Assembly: GCA_963786235.1 (NCBI GenBank)
Contig: CAWAYJ010000028.1
Coordinates: 153,827 to 217,826, forward strand
Direction of reading: 5' to 3'
DNA from: an uncultured Gemmatimonadales bacterium
GTDB lineage: Bacteria; Gemmatimonadota; Gemmatimonadetes; Longimicrobiales; RSA9
DNA length: 64,000 nucleotides
Shown: one piece after another, positions 48,884-57,844 of the stretch
Position numbering within the stretch: position 1 is the first letter of the stretch
Layout of the letters: each line of letters starts with the position of its first letter
Notes under the pieces: generated by a model
The model's database searches: none
What the model was told of the DNA's origin: nothing
Seen by the model: the letters and a program-made list of their open reading frames with translations, nothing else
Translations under genes and position numbers: made by a program

Positions 48884-50229
48884 CGGAGCTCCTGCGCCGT
48901 GCCCGACGCCGCGGCCAGGGCGACTCGCGCCATCGCGACGCCCGCCTGCGCATCCACGAACGCCGTCCGCGCCTCGCTCAGCCGCAACGACGCCGTCGTC
49001 ACGTCCGCGCTGCCCGCCACGCCCGCGCTGAACCGGTCCCGAGCCTGCTCGTATTCCTGCTGCGCCAGGTCCATGCGCGCCCGCGACGCTTCCAGTTGCT
49101 GGCCCGCCGAGCCCATGTCCAGAATCGCAGACCGGACTTCGAACGACACCTGCTCGCGGAACTGCCGCCGCTGAACGCCGAGCTCCTCGATCGCCGCCCG
49201 CTGTTCCTCCATCCGTGCCTTGCGCCGCATCCCGTCGAACACCGGGACCGACACCTGCAGCGCGAGCTCGTACGTGTTCAGCTTGTAGCCCGACCAGCGA
49301 CCGATCACCGCGTCGCTGCCCTCCAACGAGAGACGCGGCAGTCGCTCCGCCTTCACCGCCGACAGACGCTGTTCCGCCACCCGCACCTGCTCGTCCAGTA
49401 CCTGCACGTCGCTCCGCTGCCCGAGCGCGCGGGCGACCGCTGAATCCGGCGCCGGCGCCGCCGGCGCCGCCGCGATCGCCAGCGTGTCAACCAGCTCCAC
49501 CGCCCGGTCCAGCGGCAGGTTCAGCGCACGCAGCAGGGTGAGCACTGCGTGATCCGAAGCGTTCCGCGCCGCCAGCGCCTGCGCCTGCATCCCCGCCAGC
49601 TGCGCCCGGGCCCGCGTCACGTCCAGCGCCACGCCCGTTCCCGCAGCCAGCGTTGCCTCCGCCACCTGAACCAGGTCCTCCGCCAGGCGCACGTCCGCTT
49701 CCACCGCCGCCAGCCGACTCGCCGCTCGCATCCCCTGCACGTACGCCGCCGCCGCCCCCGCCGCCGCCCGCTCCCGGGCCAGCGCCTCCGCCACACGGCC
49801 CGCATCCACCGCCATGCTCGCGCCCCGGATGCTCTGTACCGTGCTCCAGTCGAACACCGTCTGCGACAGGTGCGCTCCGCCCGACAGCAGGTTGATCGGG
49901 CCCACGATCTCGCCCTTCGGGTCGAACAGCGCCGGCTGCCCGGGCACCGACGGGAAGTCGATCCCGAACGTGCCCGTGTTCATCGTGTGCGTCGAACCCA
50001 GCCCCGACGCGTTGATCTGCGGCAGCAGGTCCGCTCGCTCGTTCGACAGCCGCGCTTCCGCCTGCCGTGACCGCAGACCCGCCGCCTCCACCGCCGCGCT
50101 CTGCGCCGCCGCCAGCGTCACCGCGTCCGCCAGACGCAGACGCAGCACGTCCGCCTGCTGCCCGCGCAACGCCGACGGCACCGCCACGCTCGACACCAGT
50201 GCCAGCACCACGACCCCGCGACCTTTCAC
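48880..50229 (-). CDS. TolC-family outer-membrane efflux protein
   Basis: GTG start. Two-repeat coiled-coil/beta organisation of about 450 aa. Position consistent with an efflux operon. Confidence 0.75.
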   Translation of the reverse strand: MKGRGVVVLALVSSVAVPSALRGQQADVLRLRLADAVTLAAAQSAAVEAAGLRSRQAEARLSNERADLLPQINASGLGSTHTMNTGTFGIDFPSVPGQPALFDPKGEIVGPINLLSGGAHLSQTVFDWSTVQSIRGASMAVDAGRVAEALARERAAAGAAAAYVQGMRAASRLAAVEADVRLAEDLVQVAEATLAAGTGVALDVTRARAQLAGMQAQALAARNASDHAVLTLLRALNLPLDRAVELVDTLAIAAAPAAPAPDSAVARALGQRSDVQVLDEQVRVAEQRLSAVKAERLPRLSLEGSDAVIGRWSGYKLNTYELALQVSVPVFDGMRRKARMEEQRAAIEELGVQRRQFREQVSFEVRSAILDMGSAGQQLEASRARMDLAQQEYEQARDRFSAGVAGSADVTTASLRLSEARTAFVDAQAGVAMARVALAAASGTAQELR

Positions 50230-50263
50230 TCCGCCACCGCAACCGCCACGCCCCACGACCACC

Positions 50264-50884
50264 TCAGGCCCCGAGTCCCGCCAGGTAGAACCCCAGCACT
50301 TCCGACAACACTTCATCGTCGCTCTTTTCCTGCAGCTCGGTTACGAATTCCCGACGCGCACACCAGACCGCGTGCTTGATCACCAGCGCGAGCAGCATCC
50401 GCGCCCGCGAAGCCGTGTCGCCGGGCCTGAATTCGCCCCCGGCCACACCCCGGTCGAGGATCGGATGCAGAACCTCCGCCAACGGGCGACGGATCTCCCG
50501 CGAATACTCCGCCGCTAGCTCGGGAAACGCGTTCACTTCCGACAGGACCAGCCGGTACACCGCGTAGAACGCCGGTGACCGAAGCTGCCGCCAGAACGCC
50601 GTTGTGAACGCCACCACCGCGTCCACCGCCGTCGTCCCCTCCGCCGATGATTCCAGCGCTTCCACCAGCTCGCCCACCGCCCGGTGGACGACCTCCCGGA
50701 ACAGCTCCGTCTTGCTCGGGAAATACAGGTAGATCGTCGCCTTCGACACGCCCGCCCGCGACGCGATGTCCTCCAGTCGCGCCGCTTCCAGGCCCTCCTC
50801 CGAGAACACGCCCAGTGCCGCGTCCAGGATCTGCACGGGCCGAAGCGCCGGTTGCCGCCGCCACCGCGGCCGCTCTTCCATCAC
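50264..50884 (-). CDS. TetR/AcrR-family transcriptional regulator
   Basis: HTH motif ARLEDIASRAGVSKATIYLYFPSKTELF. First gene of the efflux operon. Confidence 0.85.
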   Translation of the reverse strand: MMEERPRWRRQPALRPVQILDAALGVFSEEGLEAARLEDIASRAGVSKATIYLYFPSKTELFREVVHRAVGELVEALESSAEGTTAVDAVVAFTTAFWRQLRSPAFYAVYRLVLSEVNAFPELAAEYSREIRRPLAEVLHPILDRGVAGGEFRPGDTASRARMLLALVIKHAVWCARREFVTELQEKSDDEVLSEVLGFYLAGLGA

Positions 50885-50956
50885 GCCGAACTGCTAAATG
50901 ACCGGTCAGTCATTTGGAGAAGCTAGCCCGTCGGGTGGGAGATTGGAAGGGTGGTT

Positions 50957-51751
50957 TCAGGCCCGGAAGATGAGGCTCATGCAGCTGCCGCCGGCCTCGG
51001 CTTTCTGGAGCTCGGAGAGGTCGGCGGTGCGGACATCGAGTCCGAGCCCGGCGAGCGCCTCGCGCGTTCGGGGAAAGCAATCGGCCATGATGATGCTGTC
51101 GCCGACGCGGAAGGTGTTGGCGGCGCGGGGCTCGTCGGGGTGCACGTGGACAATGCGGTCTGCGAGGAGTGGGGCCGGGTCGATCCATGCGGAGTTGAGG
51201 AGGAAGACGCCGGGCGCGGGCGCGGTGCAGGCGGACTTGAGGTGGAGGCAGCCGGTGGTGGGGACGGCGACGACCTCGTAACCGTGGGGCGCGACGATGT
51301 CGCGCAGCTGTTCGATGCCGCTGTCGTTGGTTCGGCCGGAGCGCCCGACGTAGAGGGTCATCCGGTCGAGGAGCACGTCGCCGCCGTCGAGGGTCGCCGG
51401 TGATCTCATGTGCGCAAGCGTACGGAACGGGGCGAGAGCCTGGGCGACGGAGTCGACCTCGGGTCGACGGGATGCGGCGCCGGGGTTGGTGGCGATGGCG
51501 ATCTCGTCGAGTACGACGGCGACGTCTTCGACGAATACGGCGTCGGGCAGGTCGGGTTCGGGTGGCAGCGCGATGACGTCAGCGCCGAGCGAGCGCAGGA
51601 GCATGGCGTAGGCGTTGTGCTGCGTGTGCGCGAGCGCGGTGTCGATGGGTACGCGCTCGAGATGGGAGAGCTGGCAGCGAGCGAGCGCGTCGCTGGGCGG
51701 CCTCACGAGGGCGACGGTGCGGTGCGGGTCGATCGCCGTCGAGCCGTTCAC
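50957..51751 (-). CDS. Dimethylarginine dimethylaminohydrolase (DDAH)/amidinotransferase-superfamily hydrolase
   Basis: GTG start overlapping the Rieske gene stop (GTGA). VALVRPPSDALA...FVEDVAVVLD...TTGCLHLKSACTAP...GGSCMSL includes the C-terminal catalytic Cys typical of DDAH. Confidence 0.65.
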   Translation of the reverse strand: MNGSTAIDPHRTVALVRPPSDALARCQLSHLERVPIDTALAHTQHNAYAMLLRSLGADVIALPPEPDLPDAVFVEDVAVVLDEIAIATNPGAASRRPEVDSVAQALAPFRTLAHMRSPATLDGGDVLLDRMTLYVGRSGRTNDSGIEQLRDIVAPHGYEVVAVPTTGCLHLKSACTAPAPGVFLLNSAWIDPAPLLADRIVHVHPDEPRAANTFRVGDSIIMADCFPRTREALAGLGLDVRTADLSELQKAEAGGSCMSLIFRA

Positions 51752-52839
51752 GAGCCGAGTTCGCGCGCGAAGGTCCGCTTGAGCAGGGACTGGAAGTGGT
51801 GCACGGCGGTCTCCATCTCGGGCGAAAAGCGGCCCTTGTCGTAGATGCCGGATTCGAGTCCCTCCTGCACGCGCTCGCAGACCTCGATGTCCTCGATCTG
51901 GACGGCATCGGAGAAGGCGACGTCGTCGTTGACGATGCCGCGTCGCTCGGCTTCCTCGAGGTTGGAATAGAAGTAGTGGAAGGTGATGCGGCAGCGGTCG
52001 GGCGCGACCGGCAGGATGATGTTGGTCTGGAGCCGACCGGGCAGGATGTTGAGGGTGAAGTTCGGGTAGATGAAGTAGTAGAGGGCCTCGCCGGAAGTCA
52101 CGCCGTAGGGCGTATCGGAGCCGGAAAGGGGACCGACCTGCAGGGAGTACCAGTCGTACACCTCGGTGCGGTAGGCCTGGAAGTCGTAGAGGCTGCACAG
52201 TTCCGGATGGACGTGGGGCACGTGGTAGGCCTCGATGTAGTTGTCGACGTAGACCTTCCAGTTGCAGCGGGCGTCGTAGTCCACGCGCCTGGCGAAGGCG
52301 AGGTCGTCGAAGCGCATGGGCGCCATGCGCTCGGCGATGCCGGCCATGAACCGTTCCAGCGGTTCCGCCCCGGGATCGAGATGAACGAACAGGAGTCCCT
52401 GCCATTCCTCCAGCCGGACGGGGATCAGGCCGAAATCCTTCTTGTCGAACAGCTCGGTGCGGTTGAAGTGCGGTACGCCGCGCAGCATGCCGTCCAGCCG
52501 GTAGGTCCAGCCGTGGTAGCGACACTGGAGCATGTCCGCGTGCCCATCCTTGAGCGCGAGCGGTCCACCCCGGTGCCTGCAGACGTTGTAGAACGCGTGC
52601 AGGCGGCCGTCGCCGGCGCGCACGACGAGCACAGGCTTGCGCGCGACCATGGTGGTAATGTGGTCGCCGATGCGCGGGATCTGACTGGCGTGGCCGACGT
52701 ACTGCCAGGTCCGCGCGAACACGGTCCGCTTCTCGAACTCGTGGAACACGGGGTCCGTGTACCATGCGGCCGGGATGGTCGAGGCCCTCTCGACGGGCAG
52801 TACTTCGAGGTCGCGCGGATCGATGTTCGGCGCCGTCAT
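51748..52839 (-). CDS. Rieske [2Fe-2S] non-heme-iron oxygenase alpha subunit (GbcA/CntA-like)
   Basis: Rieske motif CRHRG...CRYHGW. Mononuclear iron motif EAYHVPHVHPE. About 360 aa. Confidence 0.8.
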   Translation of the reverse strand: MTAPNIDPRDLEVLPVERASTIPAAWYTDPVFHEFEKRTVFARTWQYVGHASQIPRIGDHITTMVARKPVLVVRAGDGRLHAFYNVCRHRGGPLALKDGHADMLQCRYHGWTYRLDGMLRGVPHFNRTELFDKKDFGLIPVRLEEWQGLLFVHLDPGAEPLERFMAGIAERMAPMRFDDLAFARRVDYDARCNWKVYVDNYIEAYHVPHVHPELCSLYDFQAYRTEVYDWYSLQVGPLSGSDTPYGVTSGEALYYFIYPNFTLNILPGRLQTNIILPVAPDRCRITFHYFYSNLEEAERRGIVNDDVAFSDAVQIEDIEVCERVQEGLESGIYDKGRFSPEMETAVHHFQSLLKRTFARELGS

Positions 52840-52996
52840 CAGGTCATCGCATGGGTCGAAGGGGGCATCCGCGGATGCGTGAGGATGTCCGGCGCGGGGT
52901 CATCGCGCAACCCGGGGTCGGGCGCGCGACACCTCACGTCGCGCCGCTTCCACGCGGCGCTCGCGCCTCGCCCGTTGAACGTTCCACCGGGATCGA

Positions 52997-53040
52997 TGAA
53001 ACGACGTCGTACGTTTCATGAAACCCGGCGGCCGTTTCAT
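52997..53040. promoter_or_regulatory. Two abutting palindromic candidate operator sites in a divergent promoter region
   Basis: TGAAACG-ACGTCGTA-CGTTTCA immediately followed by ATGAAAC-CCGGCGGCC-GTTTCAT (the latter has perfect 7-nt arms). It is AT-richer than its surroundings and sits between the divergent Rieske/DDAH and lipoprotein/cupredoxin operons. Confidence 0.4.
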
Positions 53041-53175
53041 TCCGGGTCCCGCCCGATCCCCCAAACCATGGGGAATCATACAGTTGTGGCGCCGTCCAGA
53101 AGCGTCCCCGCGTGCGGCACTTCCGTTGCCAATCCTTCCGGCAGATCCGGAACCGGACCCGAACGGGAGGTGTGC

Positions 53176-54939
53176 ATGCGAACGACGTATCCGAGACTGC
53201 TCCTTGCGGTGCTCGCCGCCGCGACGCTGGCGGCGTGTCAGAACGATACCATGGAGCCGCCACAGGCGAAGAACCCCGACACGGCGCCGCGCGCGCTGGT
53301 CGACCGCTTCAGCGATGCGGCCGGACATCTGTTCACGCGCAGCGCGACCCCGGCGCTTCCGGCCGCCGGCGCCGCGATCGACTTCGACCAGGCGCCGTTC
53401 ATCACGCAGGGCCTCGGGCCCTCCGGTCAGCCCGTTCGCTATTACAACTTCGACGTGATGCCGACGGCGCCGGTCCACATCTGGGTCCTGTTCGCCGAGG
53501 GCAGCAGTACGCCGGTCGCCAACCAGCTCAACATCATCGACGCCGTCCCGGGTGACCCGGGCTACAGCGATTTCTGGCAGGTCGTGAAGGTGACGGTCCC
53601 CGCCGACTACGTGGCGAACACGGCGACCAGCCTGCAGGACCTGGTCGATGCCGGCTACACGATGCAGTCGACGGACATGATCGTGAACTGTCCGGTCGTG
53701 CCGGAGGGCTCCACCGCGAGCGAGGGACCGGGTGCGGCGGGGCTGACGCGCGGCTGGTACAAGGACCAGGTCGTCTTCTATTTCGACTTCAACGAGGCCT
53801 CGCTGACGGCCACCGCGCAGGGCGCGGTTCCGACCTCGGACATCTACGTCGCGTTCAACGTGAATCCGGATGAGATGGGCGGCGGTCCGGCGTCCGGCTT
53901 CAAGGCGCAGGGCAGCTCGGTGCAGACGCACAACGTGGTGGAGACGCTGCCGGGCGATGCGGCGTATTCGCCGCTCTGGGACGTGATGCCGTACGACAAC
54001 GCGGCCTTCAGCATGGTGCACGACCTCGCATCCGCCCAGGCCGCGGACAACTTCGGGCTGGCCGCCGTGGTCAACTGCCCGATCGTGTTCGTGGGCATGG
54101 CGCCGGCCGATCCGGCGACGGCCACGAAGGCGATGATCGACCGCTTCAGCGACGGGGCCGGCCACCTGTTCATGCGGAGCGCGAACGCCGCGCTGCCGGC
54201 GCCGGGCGCGGCCATCGACTTCGACAGCGGTCCGTTCATCACGCGCGGACTCGGGCCCACCGGCAATTCCGTGCGCTACTACAATTTGGACGTGATGCCC
54301 GCAGCGCCGGCGCCGATCTTCGCCCTGTTCTACGGTAGCGGCGAACCGGTCCCCGGCCAGCACAACATCGTGGACGTGATACCCGGCGACCCGGGCTACA
54401 GCGACTTCTGGCAGGTGGTGAAGGTGACGGTGCCGGACGACTACATCGCGAACAGCATGACGAGCGTACAGGAACTGGTCGCGGCCGGCTACCCGCAGGA
54501 GACCACCGACATCCTCGTCAACTGCCCGATCGTGCCGGAAGGCTCGACCGCGATGCTGCGCCTGAACGGTGGCGACACGGGCCTCACGATGGGCTGGTAC
54601 AAGGGCGAGCTCGTCTTCTACTTCAACTTCTTCGAGGCGCCGCTCCAGGTCACGCAGGGGGGCGCCGTGCCCACGGCGGACATCTACGTCGCGTTCAACA
54701 TCAATCCGGATCAGACGGGTGGCGGCCCCGCGTCCGGCTTCATGATGGAGCCGGGCTCGGACCAGACGCACAACGTGGTCGAGTCGCTTCCGGGCGACGC
54801 GGGCTACTCGCCGTTCTGGGATGTCTTCCCTTACGACAACGCTTCGTTCGCCCAGGTCACGGACCTGAGTAGTGCGCAGGCGGCGTCGAACTTCGGGGAG
54901 GCGGCCACGGTCAACTGTCCGATCGTGGACGTCCAGTGA
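53176..54939 (+). CDS. Lipoprotein composed of two tandem homologous ~270-aa domains of unknown family
   Basis: GGGAGG RBS. Signal peptide with lipobox LAAC. Residues ~38-304 and ~317-583 are clearly homologous (DRFSD.AGHLF, GDPGYSDFWQVVKVTVP.DY.AN, NCPIV, LPGDA.YSP.WDV.PYDNA.F). Confidence 0.7.
   Translation: MRTTYPRLLLAVLAAATLAACQNDTMEPPQAKNPDTAPRALVDRFSDAAGHLFTRSATPALPAAGAAIDFDQAPFITQGLGPSGQPVRYYNFDVMPTAPVHIWVLFAEGSSTPVANQLNIIDAVPGDPGYSDFWQVVKVTVPADYVANTATSLQDLVDAGYTMQSTDMIVNCPVVPEGSTASEGPGAAGLTRGWYKDQVVFYFDFNEASLTATAQGAVPTSDIYVAFNVNPDEMGGGPASGFKAQGSSVQTHNVVETLPGDAAYSPLWDVMPYDNAAFSMVHDLASAQAADNFGLAAVVNCPIVFVGMAPADPATATKAMIDRFSDGAGHLFMRSANAALPAPGAAIDFDSGPFITRGLGPTGNSVRYYNLDVMPAAPAPIFALFYGSGEPVPGQHNIVDVIPGDPGYSDFWQVVKVTVPDDYIANSMTSVQELVAAGYPQETTDILVNCPIVPEGSTAMLRLNGGDTGLTMGWYKGELVFYFNFFEAPLQVTQGGAVPTADIYVAFNINPDQTGGGPASGFMMEPGSDQTHNVVESLPGDAGYSPFWDVFPYDNASFAQVTDLSSAQAASNFGEAATVNCPIVDVQ
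53287..54087 (+). repeat. Intragenic tandem duplication, copy 1
   Basis: Long stretches are about 80% identical at the nucleotide level to copy 2 (e.g. gaccgcttcagcga...ttcatcacgc...; gacccgggctacagcga.ttctggcaggt.gtgaaggtgacggt). Confidence 0.6.
54124..54936 (+). repeat. Intragenic tandem duplication, copy 2
   Basis: See copy 1. The period is 837 nt (279 aa). Confidence 0.6.
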
Positions 54940-56024
54940 AGACTCTCGAACGGGCCGGGCTGGCCGCGCTGCTCTGTCTCGCGGTCGGCCCGGCGGCCGG
55001 CACGGCCCAGGCCGTGACGATGCGGACACCCGACTTCACGGGTGGCTGGATCGCGCCGCCCGGCGTCATCCAGTTCAATTTCCTGCATCGCTTCTCGATC
55101 AGCGACGCGCCCCTGCGGAAGATCACCAACACGCCGACGTTCAACATCGGTACCGGTGTGGTGGACCGCCTGATGGTCGGCGCCGTCTACGGCTCGAACT
55201 CCACGCTGGTGCCCGCATACCCGAACGAGTGGGAGTTCTACGCCCGCGCGATGCCGTTGTCGCAGGGACGCGGCCAGGCGATCGACGTGTTCGTGCAGGC
55301 GGGTTACAACCTGGCCGCGGAGAGCGTGGACGGCGAGTTGCTGGTCGGCCGGCGCGTGGGGCGACTCGGCCTGCTCGCCGCGGGCCGCACCTTCTCGCGC
55401 GCCTTCGCAGCGGACCGGACGCGCTACGCCGTGGCGGCCGGGCTCGACCTCAGGCTGACGCCATCCGTGTCCATCGCCGGCGATGTCGGCACGCTGCTCG
55501 ACCGTGCGGCCGGCGAGCGGATCGCGTGGGGCGCCGGGCTTCAGCTCGGCGTGCCGTTCACGCCGCACAGTTTCTCCATCCATGCGTCGAACGTGGGGAC
55601 GGCCTCGCTCGAGGGCGTGTCGGCCGGTACGCGCACCCGCTGGGGCTTCGAGTACACCGTGCCCATCACCCTCCGCCGCTACACGCGCGCCGGGCCCGTT
55701 CCGGCGCCGGCCACGATGCCGATGCCGGAAGCCGGCCGGGACACCGTCGTCATCGGGATCCGGAACCTGCGTTACGAGCAGACGGACGTGACGATCACGC
55801 CGGGCACGACCGTGGTCTGGGTGAATCGGGATCCGGTGCAGCACTCGGTGATCGCGGACGGCGGCACATTCGACTCGGGCCTGATCGATCCCGGTGGCCG
55901 CTTCGAATGGACGTTCGTCCACGAGGGCACGTACACGTACCACTGCATGCCGCACCCGTTCATGAAGGGCCGGATCGTGGTCCGGTCCATGGACGGCGCG
56001 GCCGAAGAGGAGGGAACCCGATGA
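54936..56024 (+). CDS. Secreted two-domain protein: beta-rich N-terminal domain fused via Met/Pro-rich linker to a type-1 copper (cupredoxin) domain
   Basis: GTGA overlap with the upstream gene. Signal peptide. Alternating beta pattern of about 230 aa. Linker PVPAPATMPMPEAG. Cupredoxin ligands ...H...YTYHCMPHPFMKG. Confidence 0.7.
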   Translation: MKTLERAGLAALLCLAVGPAAGTAQAVTMRTPDFTGGWIAPPGVIQFNFLHRFSISDAPLRKITNTPTFNIGTGVVDRLMVGAVYGSNSTLVPAYPNEWEFYARAMPLSQGRGQAIDVFVQAGYNLAAESVDGELLVGRRVGRLGLLAAGRTFSRAFAADRTRYAVAAGLDLRLTPSVSIAGDVGTLLDRAAGERIAWGAGLQLGVPFTPHSFSIHASNVGTASLEGVSAGTRTRWGFEYTVPITLRRYTRAGPVPAPATMPMPEAGRDTVVIGIRNLRYEQTDVTITPGTTVVWVNRDPVQHSVIADGGTFDSGLIDPGGRFEWTFVHEGTYTYHCMPHPFMKGRIVVRSMDGAAEEEGTR

Positions 56025-56428
56025 TCATGCAGACGCGGCCATCCGTGCGGCGTGGGCGCATTCCGCGAACGTGTCGCGGGATGCTGGCCGCGGCGTTCGT
56101 CATGTGCGCGCTGACGCTCGCTGCGTGCAGCGAGCACCAGGACACGATGGAGCCGGTCGACTCGGGCAACGTCGTGGAGATCGAACTCCGGAACTTCGAG
56201 TTTTCGCAGCCCGAGCTGCACATCGCCGCGGGCACGACCGTCCGTTGGCGGAACACCACGTCGAACTACCACACGGTGACGCCGGATGGCCACTCCGCCT
56301 GGACGCAGTGGCAGACGACCCGGCCGGACGAGACCTTCACGGTCCGCTTCGACACGCCCGGCACCTATCCCTACTACTGCATGCCGCACCGCGCGCTCGG
56401 CATGACGGGAACGATCATCGTGGAGTAA
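56021..56428 (+). CDS. Plastocyanin/azurin-like type-1 copper lipoprotein
   Basis: ATGA overlap with the upstream gene. Lipobox LAAC. Cupredoxin ligand set (NYHTV...YPYYCMPHRALGMTG). Confidence 0.7.
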   Translation: MIMQTRPSVRRGRIPRTCRGMLAAAFVMCALTLAACSEHQDTMEPVDSGNVVEIELRNFEFSQPELHIAAGTTVRWRNTTSNYHTVTPDGHSAWTQWQTTRPDETFTVRFDTPGTYPYYCMPHRALGMTGTIIVE

Positions 56429-56534
56429 ACAGCGAGCCGGGCCCCGCACGTAGTTCTCTCCGGGGCCGTTCCGCCCTTGCGGCGGAGCGCGGTAGCCACC
56501 AACGTCCGCAGCACACCCCGGGAAGGAGAGTCGC

Positions 56535-57437
56535 ATGCGACGTTGGCCGGTCCTCGCGCTCGTGCTCACCGGGTTCGCCGCCACGCCCGTTTCCGGGCAG
56601 AACGGGACCCGCTCACGTTGTGGCGCGGGTGTGGAGACAGGTGAGCGCGCGGGCTCGGTGTTCCTGCCGGGGGGCACGCTCTTCTGCCCACTGGCCGCGG
56701 ACCCCAAGGCGGCGAGTACATTCGCGAGCTACGTGCGCGGTGATTTCGCCACGCTGGCGAACGCTCCGGCCGGCACAAACACCAATATCGCGGCCGTCGG
56801 CATCGCGTACGGCATCGGGCTGCTTCGCATTTCCGCGGCGGGCGAGGGTACTGGACTCCAGTTCGGTGCCGAGGGCGCCGTATTCGCACAGTTCAATCTC
56901 GATGCGCCGAGCTTCGATCTCATCAATGCCGATTACCTCGTCGGACTGCCGTTGACGTTCCGCGTTGCCGGCTTCTCCGCGCGATTCCGCGTCTATCACC
57001 AGAGCTCACACCTGGGCGACGAGTACCTGCTCTCGCAGCATCCGGAACGGATCAACCTCTCCTTCGAGTCGGCCGAACTCATCCTGTCCCAGGAGCTGGG
57101 GCCCATACGGCTGTACGCGGGCGGTGAATCCACGTTCCGGCGAGTGCCTTCATCCGTCGCCGCCCGCCTGGGTCACGCGGGACTGGAATTGCGGCCGGCG
57201 TCGTTCGGCGCCGGCCGCCTCGTCGCGGCGCTCGACGTCAAGCTTGTCGACGATGGCGGCTGGAAGGCGGCCTGGAGCGCACGCGCGGGCATCGAGATCG
57301 CGCGCCTGCCCGGCGCGGGCGGTCCTTCTCGCGTGGTGAGCCTGCTCGCCCACTACTACGACGGTGCCGCGCCCTACGGACAGTTCTATCGCCAGAACAT
57401 CCGGTTCTACGGGATCGGTCTGCACTTCTCACTCTGA
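56535..57437 (+). CDS. DUF1207-family outer-membrane protein
   Basis: Signal peptide. Conserved motif YHQSSHLGDE. Alternating beta-strand pattern. C-terminal aromatic residues. Confidence 0.55.
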   Translation: MRRWPVLALVLTGFAATPVSGQNGTRSRCGAGVETGERAGSVFLPGGTLFCPLAADPKAASTFASYVRGDFATLANAPAGTNTNIAAVGIAYGIGLLRISAAGEGTGLQFGAEGAVFAQFNLDAPSFDLINADYLVGLPLTFRVAGFSARFRVYHQSSHLGDEYLLSQHPERINLSFESAELILSQELGPIRLYAGGESTFRRVPSSVAARLGHAGLELRPASFGAGRLVAALDVKLVDDGGWKAAWSARAGIEIARLPGAGGPSRVVSLLAHYYDGAAPYGQFYRQNIRFYGIGLHFSL

Positions 57438-57471
57438 CCGCGAGGTTGGCGGCGAAGCCACGGAGGCGTCG

Positions 57472-57834
57472 ATGAGAGTCGCGGAATCCACCATGGTCGC
57501 GCTCGGCTACGGCAAGTACTACCGCGCCGACCGGATCGTCGGCCTGGAGCCGATCGAGGAAGGGCGCGGACCGGGCCGACGCACCCGCGTCTGGATCGAG
57601 GATTTGCCGGAGCCGGTCGTCGCCTCACGCTCCGATGGCGCGCTGTTGCGTGACATCGTGCAGATGCCGGAAGAGGTGACGCGGGCGCAGGAGCAGCGGC
57701 ACCTGCTCTCGGACATCCTCGACACGATCGAGGATATGAACCCGATCCTTCGATCCATCATCCGGGAACAGGCCAAGTGGGACCTGGACCGACTCGAGGA
57801 GCGGATCCGGGACGCACTCGGGGCCGAACCGTGA
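57472..57834 (+). CDS. DUF370/RemA-like protein with ~50-aa C-terminal extension
   Basis: Weak resemblance to RemA (LGYGKYYRADRIVGL...GRRTRVWIED vs IGFGNIISANRMISI...GRRTRAVVIMD). It is followed by an acidic helical tail. Confidence 0.4.
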   Translation: MRVAESTMVALGYGKYYRADRIVGLEPIEEGRGPGRRTRVWIEDLPEPVVASRSDGALLRDIVQMPEEVTRAQEQRHLLSDILDTIEDMNPILRSIIREQAKWDLDRLEERIRDALGAEP

Positions 57835-57844
57835 TGCGGACGAC

